Shown here in pieces: positions 18,036 through 28,349 of a stretch of 64,000 nt of DNA. Origin of the DNA: an uncultured Oscillospiraceae bacterium. Lineage in GTDB: Bacteria; Bacillota; Clostridia; Christensenellales; CAG-138. Numbering within the stretch: the stretch's first letter is position 1; every line of letters begins with the position of its first letter. The position numbers were made by a program, and so were the translations under genes. Where the stretch lies: positions 58,814 through 122,813 of the forward strand of contig CAYZAW010000001.1 in assembly GCA_964476505.1 (NCBI GenBank), written 5' to 3'. Under the pieces are notes generated by a model, which was given only the letters and a program-made list of their open reading frames with translations, did no database searches and was not told where the DNA came from.

Positions 18036-19253
18036 TTGGAAGCAATTGTAGATTTCATTCAATCAACGGGTTTTTATTTATTGCTTGAGCAGCCAAAGTC
18101 GCTCATCATGATGGCGGTTGCATGCGTATTGCTGTATTTGGCGATCGTGAAAAAGTTTGAGCCGCTGCTGCTGCTGCCCATTGCCTTTGGTATGCTGTTA
18201 ACCAATCTGCCCGGCGCGGGTCTGTATCACGGGGATCTATTCGCAGGCGGGCATGTGCAGTGGAGCGCGTTTGTAGACGGAATCGCTATGCCAAACGGCA
18301 CCACGGAGGCACCGGGCTTAGTGGACATTCTGTATCTAGGCGTAAAGCTTGGCATTTACCCCTCGCTCATTTTCATGGGTGTAGGTGCTATGACGGATTT
18401 TGCGCCGCTTATCGCCAACCCCAAGAGCCTGCTTTTGGGCGCAGCCGCGCAGTTGGGCATATTCATCACGTTCTTGGGCGCGCTGGCGCTGACGAATGTA
18501 TTCCCCTCCTTGGAGTTCGGCGTGCGGGAAGCGTCCTCTATCGGCATTATCGGCGGGGCGGACGGCCCAACTGCCATTTATGTAACAACAAAGCTTGCGC
18601 CGCATCTGCTCGGGCCTATCGCGGTGGCAGCATACTCCTATATGGCGCTGGTGCCGGTCATTCAGCCACCCATCATGAAGGCGCTGACCACCTCGGAGGA
18701 GCGCAGCATCGTGATGGAGCAGCTTCGTCCGGTCTCCCCCAAGGAAAAGGTGCTGTTCCCCATCGTGGTCACCATTTTCGTATCGCTGCTTTTGCCCTCC
18801 GCCGCGCCACTTATCGGCTTCCTCATGCTGGGCAACCTGTTTAAGGAAAGCGGCGTGACCGAGCGCCTGTGCAAGACCGCGCAAAACGAGCTGATGAACA
18901 TCGTTACCATCTTCTTGGGCGTATCAGTTGGCGCAACAGCTACCGCAGACGCGTTTTTGAACCTGCAAACGCTGATGATACTGGCGCTGGGTGTTATCGC
19001 GTTCTCCGGCGGTACTGCGGGCGGCGTGCTGTTGGCTAAGCTGATGAACCTGTTTGTGAAAAAGAAGATCAATCCTTTGATCGGTTCCGCAGGCGTTTCC
19101 GCCGTGCCTATGGCGGCGCGTGTTTCGCAGGTGGTGGGGCAGAAGGAACGCCCCGGCAACTTCCTGTTGATGCATGCCATGGGTCCCAACGTGGCAGGGG
19201 TCATCGGCTCCGCGATCGCGGCAGGCGTATTCCTTGCACTGTTTATGCAGTAG
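18036..19253 (+). CDS. Sodium ion-translocating decarboxylase beta subunit (OadB/GcdB/MmdB family)
   Basis: 405-aa polytopic ORF. TTG start 8 nt after AGGAGG. The N-terminus ([13 protein letters not shown]...[24 protein letters not shown]) and overall sequence are typical of the family. Confidence 0.9.
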   Translation: MEAIVDFIQSTGFYLLLEQPKSLIMMAVACVLLYLAIVKKFEPLLLLPIAFGMLLTNLPGAGLYHGDLFAGGHVQWSAFVDGIAMPNGTTEAPGLVDILYLGVKLGIYPSLIFMGVGAMTDFAPLIANPKSLLLGAAAQLGIFITFLGALALTNVFPSLEFGVREASSIGIIGGADGPTAIYVTTKLAPHLLGPIAVAAYSYMALVPVIQPPIMKALTTSEERSIVMEQLRPVSPKEKVLFPIVVTIFVSLLLPSAAPLIGFLMLGNLFKESGVTERLCKTAQNELMNIVTIFLGVSVGATATADAFLNLQTLMILALGVIAFSGGTAGGVLLAKLMNLFVKKKINPLIGSAGVSAVPMAARVSQVVGQKERPGNFLLMHAMGPNVAGVIGSAIAAGVFLALFMQ

Positions 19254-19307
19254 GTAAAGGCCGCATCACTTCCGGCGCGAAGAGCGCGGCAAATGAAAAA
19301 TAATGGA

Positions 19308-19339
19308 TAGTGCCGTTTCACATCATCGTGAAGCGGCAC
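19308..19339 (+). terminator. Hairpin downstream of the decarboxylase beta gene (possible terminator, weak T-run)
   Basis: AGTGCCGTTTCAC-atcatc-GTGAAGCGGCACT (13 bp, one G-U pair) followed by ATATTCATTTCT. Confidence 0.4.
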
Positions 19340-19488
19340 TATATTCATTTCTCCCTGCTTTTTGGGCGGGCAGAATGCGGAGAGCAAAAAGCGCGCTGCT
19401 TCGGCAAAATCAGACGGTGCGTACTGCAATTTCATAATAAGTATGATATAATACGGTATATTTCACATCAAACAAGGGAGGAATGGGC

Positions 19489-19908
19489 ATGGAGGAGCAA
19501 AAAGCAAACCCCAACGAGATCGTTTGGAAAGACAGAAAACGCATTATATTCGGCCTGCCGTGGACGTTTACCCGCTATTCTCTCACACAGGAAAAGCTGC
19601 TGGTGGATACCGGGTTCTTCAATCGCAAGGAAGACGAGGTACGGCTGTACCGCATACTGGATATTAGCCTAAAACGCCCGCTTTCCCAGCGCATATGGGG
19701 CTTGGGCACGGTGCATCTTTGCACGGCGGACAAGTCTACGCCGGATTTTGATATCAAGCGTATCAAGAACTCCCGTGACTTTAAAAACATGCTCTCGGAC
19801 ATGGTAGAGCGCGAGCGCAACGAGCGGCGCATCAGCGGTCGGGAGTATATGGGCATTGGCAGCATGGATGGCGATATGGACATGGATATGGACGATATGC
19901 ATCTGTAA
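19489..19908 (+). CDS. Bacterial PH-domain (bPH_2/YdbS-like) protein with an acidic Met/Asp-rich tail
   Basis: ORF track 19483..19908. The second ATG (19489) has better spacing to GGGAGGA. Contains FTRYSLTQEKLLVDTGFFNRKEDEVRLYRILDISL. Tail reads GSMDGDMDMDMDDMHL. Confidence 0.7.
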   Translation: MEEQKANPNEIVWKDRKRIIFGLPWTFTRYSLTQEKLLVDTGFFNRKEDEVRLYRILDISLKRPLSQRIWGLGTVHLCTADKSTPDFDIKRIKNSRDFKNMLSDMVERERNERRISGREYMGIGSMDGDMDMDMDDMHL

Positions 19909-19920
19909 AAGCAAATAAAC

Positions 19921-19954
19921 AAAACCCCGCACCCTTCATAGGATGCGGGGTTTT
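19921..19954. terminator. Bidirectional terminator between convergent genes
   Basis: AAAACCCCGCA-cccttcatagga-TGCGGGGTTTT. Confidence 0.75.
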
Positions 19955-19968
19955 CTGTTATACAACAA

Positions 19969-21024
19969 TCAATACACAAAGCACATGGCTAAAATGGAGA
20001 GAACCGCCGTAACACCCCAAAGCACTTTGTTATACCGGTAAATACGCCCGGCACCAAAGGACTCGAAGGGGAATACGGGGATGATCATAAAGATCAAGAG
20101 GACATATCCCAGCTTTGCGACCGCATCAAAATAGATGCTTTGATCGGCAGGCAGCAGCGGCAGCAGTAAAAAGATCACCCATTTCACCAGCTCCGGTATC
20201 GCCATCCTGCGTTTCAGCTTCGGCGTTTTTTCGTATACGTTGGGATACCAGTTGGCGTTCATAGGGAAGATGTTATTAAACAAGCCCATCCAAACCGCTA
20301 ACCCACCGCCGCCGTGATTGAGCCGGAAGTGGCAGGATTTTTGAAACACCACGGCAGCCGCCAGCCTTGGCAGCAAAAACAGCCCAAACACCGTGACGAA
20401 CGCCAGCAGGTTAGAAAGCAGATACGAAGAGCCCTTTCCAAGCGCCAGGAGAAAAAGAGGGAAGGCAAGCAATATATTCACGATGAAATAGGTAATAGCT
20501 TGCGTAAGCGTTCCGGTGGGCTTTGCTGCCACCGGCTCCTTAACGGCTAGGTAAAAGTCCATGCCAACGCCCAGCAGCAAGGGCGTGGTAAAACACTGTA
20601 CCGCCGTGGCGATGCAGCCGATTCGTTTACAGGCCTCGGTGATGCTGACCCGCTGAAAGCCGTTATCCATACAGGGCTTCCATGAACCGATGTTATCATC
20701 CTTCACCAGCGCGGTAATGGCATCGCAGCCCTGCTCCCATAAAAAGCGGAACGTTTGCGTATACATCTGCTTTGCTACGCCGTTGCCGTGATATGCCGGA
20801 TCAACGAAGGCTTGCTCGATGTATGCCACCTTTTTATTGCCGGCATAGTTGAATTTGTACATCATACCGCCAACAAGCTGCCCGTCATACTCAGCCACCA
20901 TGGCGCGCTTGGGATGGTTGACAAACAGCGCCTCAAAACAGGGGAACGCCTTATGCGCAAGCTTTACCAGAGCCTTTTGTTCGCCGTCGCGCATTTCACG
21001 AACGATTAAATTTTGAATTTCCAA
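19969..21024 (-). CDS. GNAT-family N-acetyltransferase fused to a C-terminal polytopic membrane domain
   Basis: TTG start 6 nt after AGGAGG. The N-terminal ~140 aa carry the GNAT core (IEQAFVDPAYHGNGVAKQMY). The C-terminal ~200 aa form about 6 TM helices. Confidence 0.75.
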   Translation of the reverse strand: MEIQNLIVREMRDGEQKALVKLAHKAFPCFEALFVNHPKRAMVAEYDGQLVGGMMYKFNYAGNKKVAYIEQAFVDPAYHGNGVAKQMYTQTFRFLWEQGCDAITALVKDDNIGSWKPCMDNGFQRVSITEACKRIGCIATAVQCFTTPLLLGVGMDFYLAVKEPVAAKPTGTLTQAITYFIVNILLAFPLFLLALGKGSSYLLSNLLAFVTVFGLFLLPRLAAAVVFQKSCHFRLNHGGGGLAVWMGLFNNIFPMNANWYPNVYEKTPKLKRRMAIPELVKWVIFLLLPLLPADQSIYFDAVAKLGYVLLIFMIIPVFPFESFGAGRIYRYNKVLWGVTAVLSILAMCFVY

Positions 21025-21110
21025 CGGAACCTCCTGCGATCACATCAGTAATGATTGTATTATTTCATATATGGAGATTCATGACAACCGTCAAATTCGT
21101 CAATTATCGA

Positions 21111-22430
21111 TCATTTTCCACCATGCTGCCGCTTCCATTCCTTGATCTGTTCCAGTCGCTGCTTGTATTTTGCCTCCAAGCCCTCCTCGGTGGGGTGGTA
21201 ATACTCCCTATCCAACAGGGAATCCGGCAGGCATTGCATGTTGGTCAGCTTTTCTTTCGTGTCGTGCGCGTACTGATAGCCCTTGCCGTAATCGAGCTGC
21301 TCCATCAGGCGCGTGGGCGCGTTTCGTATCACCAGCGGCACAGGCTCCGCAAGCTGGGTCAGCGCATCCTTCTTGGCGTTTTCGTAGGCCATATATAAGG
21401 CGTTGGACTTAGGAGACATCGCCATATACACCACCGCATGCGTCAGGTGTACGGAACACTCCGGCATGCCGATGAAGTGACAGGCCTGATAGGCAGACAC
21501 CGCTACCTCTAGCGCCCGGGAGTCTGCAAGGCCAATGTCCTCGCTGGCAAAGCGAATCACGCGCCGGGCAACGTACAGCGGGTCTTCCCCGGCCTCCAGC
21601 ATCCGCGCCAGCCAGTATACGGCAGCGTCCGGGTCGGAATTGCGCATGGATTTGTGCAGGGCGGAGATCAGGTTGTAATGCTCTTCGCCGTTTTTATCGT
21701 ACAGGAGCGATTTTTTAGAAATGCATTGCTCCAGTGTTTCCGTGGATACGGTTACGGTATCGCCCGCAACATCTCCATTTAGGATGACCATTTCCAGCGT
21801 GGAAAGGGCAGAGCGCGCGTCACCGTTTGCAAAGTTTGCAATATGCTCCAGCATTTCCGGCTGCATGACGATGTGCTGGGAACCAAAGCCGCGCGGGTCT
21901 GTAAGCGCCCTTGTCATCAGCGATACCAAGTCCTCGGGTTTTAACGCTTGCAGTACGAACACCTTGCAGCGGGAAAGCAACGCGCCGTTTACCTCGAAGG
22001 ACGGGTTTTCCGTGGTCGCGCCGATCAAAATGATGCTGCCCTTTTCCACAAAGGGCAAAAATGCGTCCTGCTGGGCCTTGTTGAAACGGTGGATCTCGTC
22101 TACGAACACGATGGTGCGTTCACCGCACAAACGGTTGTTTTCCGCCTGCTGCATCACGGTGCGAATCTCCTTGATGCCGCTGGTAACGGCGGAAAAATCA
22201 ATGAATACGGACTGGGTGTGGTTGGCAATGATCCGCGCCAAGGTGGTTTTTCCTACACCCGGCGGGCCCCAGAATATCATGGAGGAAATGTTGTCGCTTT
22301 CGATCAGGCGGCGAAGCACCTTGCCTTCCCCAAGCAAATGCTGCTGCCCAACAAATTCCTCCATACGCTGGGGGCGAAGCCGCGCTGCCAGGGGCTGGGT
22401 GCTTTCGGTATTGAAAAGCGACTGTTGCAT
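21111..22430 (-). CDS. rarA: Replication-associated recombination protein A (AAA+ ATPase)
   Basis: ORF track 21111..22493. ATG 22430 follows GGAGGGAG. Walker A GPPGVGKTT, FVDEIHRFNK, and the MgsA C-terminal region YQYAHD. Confidence 0.92.
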   Translation of the reverse strand: MQQSLFNTESTQPLAARLRPQRMEEFVGQQHLLGEGKVLRRLIESDNISSMIFWGPPGVGKTTLARIIANHTQSVFIDFSAVTSGIKEIRTVMQQAENNRLCGERTIVFVDEIHRFNKAQQDAFLPFVEKGSIILIGATTENPSFEVNGALLSRCKVFVLQALKPEDLVSLMTRALTDPRGFGSQHIVMQPEMLEHIANFANGDARSALSTLEMVILNGDVAGDTVTVSTETLEQCISKKSLLYDKNGEEHYNLISALHKSMRNSDPDAAVYWLARMLEAGEDPLYVARRVIRFASEDIGLADSRALEVAVSAYQACHFIGMPECSVHLTHAVVYMAMSPKSNALYMAYENAKKDALTQLAEPVPLVIRNAPTRLMEQLDYGKGYQYAHDTKEKLTNMQCLPDSLLDREYYHPTEEGLEAKYKQRLEQIKEWKRQHGGK

Positions 22431-22498
22431 GGTACTCCCTCCTGTCTGCATCCTATTATAGGTTGCAACGCTTCCCCCTGCAAGCGCTTCCAACGTTC

Positions 22499-22535
22499 CA
22501 AAAACGCAGGGGCGGATGACAACATCCGCCCGCTT
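22499..22535 (-). terminator. Rho-independent terminator after the merR-family gene
   Basis: Minus strand GGGCGGATG-ttgt-CATCCGCCC followed by ctgcGTTTTT. Confidence 0.6.
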
Positions 22536-22572
22536 TGTAAGAAAGCATTGTTATAAAAAGGAAACGCGCCCG

Positions 22573-22947
22573 TTACTTTAATTTCTCCTCGCATTTGAGC
22601 ATGCGTTCCTCATAGCCGTCCAGCTTCCAATCCAGCTTGGCTAAAACGGCGTTCATTTCGTTGATGCGCGCAACGATCTGCTCCCGCTGCTCCAACAGCA
22701 GTTTTTTCCGGGCGGGGATGGTTTCCTTGCCCATGCGGAACAGCCGCACATACTCGATGAGCGTTTCCACAGACACCCCTGCCGAGCGCATACATTTGAT
22801 GTATTCCACCCAGCGGCAGTCCTCCTCGGTGTAATCCCGGATGCCGCCTGTGGTACGGCCTACCTGCGGCAGCAGCCCGATGCGCTCGTAATACCGAAGG
22901 GTATCCGGCGTTAATTCGTATTTCTTCGCAACCTCTGCAATCGTCAT
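22573..22947 (-). CDS. MerR-family transcriptional regulator
   Basis: 124 aa. The N-terminal HTH is MTIAEVAKKYELTPDTLRYYERIGLL, followed by a coiled-coil C-terminus. Confidence 0.9.
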   Translation of the reverse strand: MTIAEVAKKYELTPDTLRYYERIGLLPQVGRTTGGIRDYTEEDCRWVEYIKCMRSAGVSVETLIEYVRLFRMGKETIPARKKLLLEQREQIVARINEMNAVLAKLDWKLDGYEERMLKCEEKLK

Positions 22948-22992
22948 GGCTCTCTTTCCACCTTGCTTATTTTAGTAAAACACGCGGTATGC

Positions 22993-24138
22993 TTAATATC
23001 CAAACAATTCCTTTGCCCGCTGCATGTTTTCCCGGATGGGCACGCCAAAGGGGCAGCGGCCTTCGCACGCGCCGCAGGCGATGCAGTCTCCTGCATGCTG
23101 CGAAAGTGCCTTGTAATGCTCCCGCACGGTTTCGGGCACGGCAGCCTGCGCATGCGCCAAGTTGAGGAATTTTGTGACCTCCGCAACGCTGATTCCCATG
23201 GGGCAGGGGGCGCAGTGACCGCAGTACATGCAATGCCCCGCCCAGCTGATGCGCGGGAAGGTTTGAAACACCCTTGCATAATCCCGTTCCTCTGCCGAGG
23301 CGGTTTCATAGGCGAGGGCGGCTTGCAGCTGCTCAACGCTGTGTGCGCCGGTCATCACGGCGGCGACCGCCGGGCGGGTGAGCGCATAATGCAGGCATTG
23401 GCAAACGGAAAGGGCGCTCCCGGCGGGGGAGTGCTCGGATAACAGGTCGCCGCCGCCAAAGGCCTTCATAACGGTAATGCCAACGCCCTTGCGCTGGCAG
23501 GCCTCGTACAGCGCCTCCCGCATGGGGTCTAGGTTAACAAGCGGTTTTTGATAGCTTTCCGGCTGAAACAGCGGGTCGATGTTTTCATCCCCGGGCAGCA
23601 GATCGTAACAGGGGTTCACGGAGAACATCAATACCTGAATCAATCCGCTTTCCACCGCTTCCAACGCGGCAATGGGGTTATGGCTGCTTAAGCCGATGCA
23701 CTTGATCTTGCCCGCCTGCAGTAAGGACTGGGCATAGCGCATCACATCCCCGTTTGCAACCTCCCGCCAAGTATCCACGGAGTCTATATAATGAATTATG
23801 CCGATGTCGATGTAGTCTGTTTCCAAGCGGCGCAGCTGGTCTTCAAAGGAAGATTGCACCTCATTTAGCTTGCGGGTCGCGCGGTACTGCCCGTTTTCCC
23901 AGAGGGTGCACAGGTGTGCCTGCAATACAAAGCTTTCCCGCCGTCCGCGAAGCGCCTGCCCAACGCGGGAACGCATGTCCGGGTCGGGGCTGTACAGATC
24001 CATGCAGTTGACCCCGTTTTGTATGGCAAGGTCAAACATCTGCTGGGTAAACGCCATATCTTTTCCGATAAATCCTTCGCAGCCAAGGCCGATCTCGCTG
24101 ACCTTGATGCCGGTATTGCCAAGTGCGCGATATTGCAT
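22993..24138 (-). CDS. Aldo/keto reductase with a C-terminal 4Fe-4S cluster-binding extension
   Basis: ORF track 22993..24186. ATG 24138 follows AGGAGG. AKR N-terminus MQYRALGNTGIKVSEIGLGCEGF. The C-terminus carries CMYCGHCAPCPMG and CIACGACEGRCP cysteine motifs. Confidence 0.88.
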   Translation of the reverse strand: MQYRALGNTGIKVSEIGLGCEGFIGKDMAFTQQMFDLAIQNGVNCMDLYSPDPDMRSRVGQALRGRRESFVLQAHLCTLWENGQYRATRKLNEVQSSFEDQLRRLETDYIDIGIIHYIDSVDTWREVANGDVMRYAQSLLQAGKIKCIGLSSHNPIAALEAVESGLIQVLMFSVNPCYDLLPGDENIDPLFQPESYQKPLVNLDPMREALYEACQRKGVGITVMKAFGGGDLLSEHSPAGSALSVCQCLHYALTRPAVAAVMTGAHSVEQLQAALAYETASAEERDYARVFQTFPRISWAGHCMYCGHCAPCPMGISVAEVTKFLNLAHAQAAVPETVREHYKALSQHAGDCIACGACEGRCPFGVPIRENMQRAKELFGY

Positions 24139-24218
24139 ACTGACCTCCTGATGGTTGGTATGATTAGTGTATAACCTAGAGTTCACTCTAAGTCAAGAGG
24201 AAGTATAAATATATGTAT

Positions 24219-24461
24219 TTATTTGATCTCCTGTTCTAAATTATCAAACAGGGACGAATCAAAAAATGTCCGCACGCTGATGTCCAAACCGTCGCAGATT
24301 TTTTGAATGGACACGATACCGGGGTTCTTACTTTTCGTATTTAACATGCTGTATATGGTTGAGGGGGATACGCCGGACTGATTGGCAAGTGTGTTTACGG
24401 TGATTCCATGCTCTTTGCAAAGCTCGGCGATACGTTTTGCCACGGCTCCTTTTGCATTCAT
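24219..24461 (-). CDS. XRE-family HTH transcriptional regulator (80 aa)
   Basis: HTH_3 pattern: RIAELCKEHGITVNTLANQSGVSPSTIYSML. Paralogous to the adjacent gene. Confidence 0.85.
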   Translation of the reverse strand: MNAKGAVAKRIAELCKEHGITVNTLANQSGVSPSTIYSMLNTKSKNPGIVSIQKICDGLDISVRTFFDSSLFDNLEQEIK

Positions 24462-24486
24462 AAGGTTTCTCCTGACGATACGGCGA

Positions 24487-24729
24487 TTACTTTATTTTCT
24501 GCTCTAGGTTTTCAAAACGGGGGTCGGAAAAGAATTCCTTGATGCTGATTTCAAAGCCGTCGCAAAGCTTTTTAATAGTAACGGCTCCCGGGTTCATGGT
24601 TTCGCCGTTTAATATGCTTTTAATAGTAGACTGCGGAACGCCGGCAATGTAACTTAAACCGTTTGGAGTAATGCCTCGCTGGGCACACAATTCCCGTATG
24701 CGTAGTACAATGACTTCTCGAGTATCCAT
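24487..24729 (-). CDS. XRE-family HTH transcriptional regulator (80 aa), tandem paralogue
   Basis: ORF track 24487..24807. ATG 24729 follows GAAGGAGG. RIRELCAQRGITPNGLSYIAGVPQSTIKSIL. Same length and the same C-terminal F-x-NLEQ-x-IK motif as 24219..24461. Confidence 0.85.
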   Translation of the reverse strand: MDTREVIVLRIRELCAQRGITPNGLSYIAGVPQSTIKSILNGETMNPGAVTIKKLCDGFEISIKEFFSDPRFENLEQKIK

Positions 24730-24804
24730 ACGCGCCTCCTTCACTGGACGAAATATCACTAATCCAATGATAAGAAGCGTTGACGAAGGAAGTAGACGGT
24801 ATAC

Positions 24805-24836
24805 CACTAATTATAGAAAATGATGTATAATTAGTG
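24805..24836. promoter_or_regulatory. Perfect 11-bp inverted repeat (candidate operator) in the divergent promoter region
   Basis: CACTAATTATA-gaaaatgatg-TATAATTAGTG. Each arm contains a TATAAT hexamer that faces outwards on its own strand. Confidence 0.55.
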
Positions 24837-24861
24837 ATATAACACTATGCAGGAGGGTACT

Positions 24862-25122
24862 ATGGGCACTACAACAATAGTTTACGACGAATTGCAGGCA
24901 TTGGAACCGGCGGTGCTGCTTATGCTGGAAAAAACAGACCTGTACCAGAGGTTCATCCGTGAACGAAAAAAGCTGGAAAAACTGGCTTGGCAGGAAAGAG
25001 AAGCCACCGGGAAGATGAACAGCGCTTCTGTATTGATACAGAGTAAACGGGTAGATACCATTGGGGCGCAGGTGCTAAAGGAAATACAAAGCATACGGGT
25101 ATTAAGGCAGAAAACGGAATGA
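24862..25122 (+). CDS. Hypothetical small, probably helical protein
   Basis: ORF track 24847..25122. ATG 24862 lies 5 nt after AGGAGGG. No family recognised by eye. Confidence 0.5.
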   Translation: MGTTTIVYDELQALEPAVLLMLEKTDLYQRFIRERKKLEKLAWQEREATGKMNSASVLIQSKRVDTIGAQVLKEIQSIRVLRQKTE

Positions 25123-25173
25123 CCCGGAGCATGCACATAAACCCCGCCGCATATACTATTGCGGGGTGATTGT

Positions 25174-25644
25174 ATGACATGGAAAAAGATAAAGCCGTAT
25201 GTGGTGTTTGTTGGCATTACGCTGGCGGTGGGCGGGCTTTCGGCGCTGCTTTCCAATATGGGGATGGAGGCCTTTGACGCGGCGAACAAACCGCCGCTGA
25301 CCCCGCCGGACTGGCTGTTTCCCGTTGTGTGGACGATACTGTATGTGCTGATGGGCATAGGCGCGGCGCGGGTGTACAGAGAGCAGGATGCGGAAAGCCG
25401 CCGAGCGCTGTACCTCTACGGCGTGCAGCTGTTTGTGAACTTCTTTTGGAGCATTCTGTTTTTCAATTTGCAGGCGTATCTGGGAGCGTTTATTTGGCTG
25501 CTGCTGTTATGGGTGCTGATACTTTTAATGATTCGCGCATTTTACAATATCGATCGCGCGGCGGGGCTCATGCAGATTCCGTACCTGTTATGGGTCACCT
25601 TTGCCGGGTATTTGAATTTTGGGGTATGGTTATTGAATAGGTAA
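25174..25644 (+). CDS. tspO: TspO/MBR family tryptophan-rich sensory protein
   Basis: ORF track 25159..25644, start at ATG 25174. Five TM helices. Motifs KPPLTPPDWLFPVVWTILY and WSILFF. Confidence 0.9.
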   Translation: MTWKKIKPYVVFVGITLAVGGLSALLSNMGMEAFDAANKPPLTPPDWLFPVVWTILYVLMGIGAARVYREQDAESRRALYLYGVQLFVNFFWSILFFNLQAYLGAFIWLLLLWVLILLMIRAFYNIDRAAGLMQIPYLLWVTFAGYLNFGVWLLNR

Positions 25645-25698
25645 AATGCGTGGCATGGATACATTGTGGGTATAGATTCAGGCTTACTATTTGTTATT

Positions 25699-25753
25699 TT
25701 AGAGTTTTGGGTTCTTAGGGGCTTTTGCAAAAGCCCCTAAGCCGCCGGAGGCA
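25699..25753 (+). repeat. Dispersed hairpin element, copy 1 (solo)
   Basis: TTAGAGTTTT-ggg-tt-CTTAGGGGCTTTT-gc-AAAAGCCCCTAAG-CCGCCGGAGGCA. The same flanks and spacing occur at 48611..48666, and in reverse orientation at 47233..47282. Confidence 0.7.
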
Positions 25754-25778
25754 CTCTTGACCAGAAAAAGTGGCGTAA

Positions 25779-26933
<1,155 letters not shown>

Positions 26934-26962
26934 ATCCAAAACAGATATAAGCGTGGCTTAGT

Positions 26963-27004
26963 CAAAACACGATGCTGTTGATGAAACAAAATCGTGTTTT
27001 TTTA
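26963..27004 (+). terminator. Rho-independent terminator after mnmA
   Basis: CAAAACACGAT-(17-nt loop)-ATCGTGTTTTTTTT. Confidence 0.6.
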
Positions 27005-27140
27005 TTGAAGTACGTTGTAAGCGCGGCAAAACGTGGTAAAATAGCAAGGTGCAGAGCAGGAATAAACGCAAATTTCGTCCTGCCGCAGTATCGCAGTCAT
27101 ATATAACAGTTGTTTATCAATCTTGCAGGAGGTTTTTACA

Positions 27141-28328
27141 ATGGCAAAGAAAACGATCGAGGATATCAACGTAACCGGTAAAAAAGTACTAATGCGCGTG
27201 GACTTTAACGTACCGCTGGACGAGAACAAAAACGTTACCGACGATAAGCGTATCGTGGCGGCGCTGCCCTCTATCCAGTATTTGATCGAGCATGGCGCAA
27301 AGCTCATCCTCTGCTCTCACTTGGGCCGTCCCAAGGGAAAGGTAGACCCCGCGTTCTCTCTGGCACCTGTGGCGAAGCGGTTACAGGAAAAGCTGCCGGA
27401 TACCAAGGTGGTGTTTGCGGCGGATACCATTGGTGACTCCGCCAAGGCCGCTATCGCGGACATGCAAAACGGCGATATCGTGCTTCTGGAGAACGTTCGC
27501 TTCCATAAGGAAGAGACCGATAACGACCCGGAATTTGCCAAGAAGCTGGCCTCCCTTGCAGACATCTTCGTGTCCGATGCGTTTGGCACCGTACACCGCG
27601 CGCATGCCTCTACCGCAGGCGTAGCCCAGTACCTTCCCGCCGTTGCCGGCTTCCTCATCGGCAAAGAGCTTTCCGTGATGGGCGAAGCGCTTGAAAATCC
27701 CCAGCGTCCCTTCGTTGCCATCCTTGGCGGCGCAAAGGTAGCGGATAAGATCGGCGTGATCACCAACCTCTTAAACAAGTGCGACAGCCTCATCATCGGC
27801 GGCGGCATGGCATACACCTTCTTTAAGGCGCAGGGCTGGGAGATCGGCACCTCCCTTCTGGATGCGGACAGCATCGAGCTTGCCAAGAGCTTGATGGACG
27901 AAGCCAAGAAAAAGGGCGTAAAGCTGCTGTTGCCCGTGGATACCGTGGTGGCAAAGGAGTTTGCAGCAGAGTCCGAATATAAAACCGTAAAGAGCGATGC
28001 GATCCCCGCGGACTGGATGGGCATGGATATCGGCGCAGAAACCGTAAAGCTGTTCAGCGCGGAAATCGTAAAAGCCAAAACCGTTATTTGGAACGGGCCT
28101 ATGGGCGTGTTTGAGTTCCCGGCGTTTGCAGAAGGCACCAAGGCTATTGCGGCTGCCTGCGCAGAGTGCGAGGGTACCACCATCATCGGCGGCGGCGACT
28201 CCGCTTCTGCGGTAAAGAAGCTGGGCTATGCCTCCAAGATGACCCATATTTCCACCGGCGGCGGCGCGTCGCTGGAGTTCCTTGAGGGTAAGGTGCTGCC
28301 CGGTGTGGCCGCGCTGAACGATAAATAG
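27141..28328 (+). CDS. pgk: Phosphoglycerate kinase
   Basis: ORF track 27123..28328. ATG 27141 follows GCAGGAGG. Motifs RVDFNVPLD and FEAFAEGT-like [10 protein letters not shown], plus GGGDSA. Confidence 0.95.
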   Translation: MAKKTIEDINVTGKKVLMRVDFNVPLDENKNVTDDKRIVAALPSIQYLIEHGAKLILCSHLGRPKGKVDPAFSLAPVAKRLQEKLPDTKVVFAADTIGDSAKAAIADMQNGDIVLLENVRFHKEETDNDPEFAKKLASLADIFVSDAFGTVHRAHASTAGVAQYLPAVAGFLIGKELSVMGEALENPQRPFVAILGGAKVADKIGVITNLLNKCDSLIIGGGMAYTFFKAQGWEIGTSLLDADSIELAKSLMDEAKKKGVKLLLPVDTVVAKEFAAESEYKTVKSDAIPADWMGMDIGAETVKLFSAEIVKAKTVIWNGPMGVFEFPAFAEGTKAIAAACAECEGTTIIGGGDSASAVKKLGYASKMTHISTGGGASLEFLEGKVLPGVAALNDK

Positions 28329-28349
28329 GTTTAGAGTAGGAGAAATACA

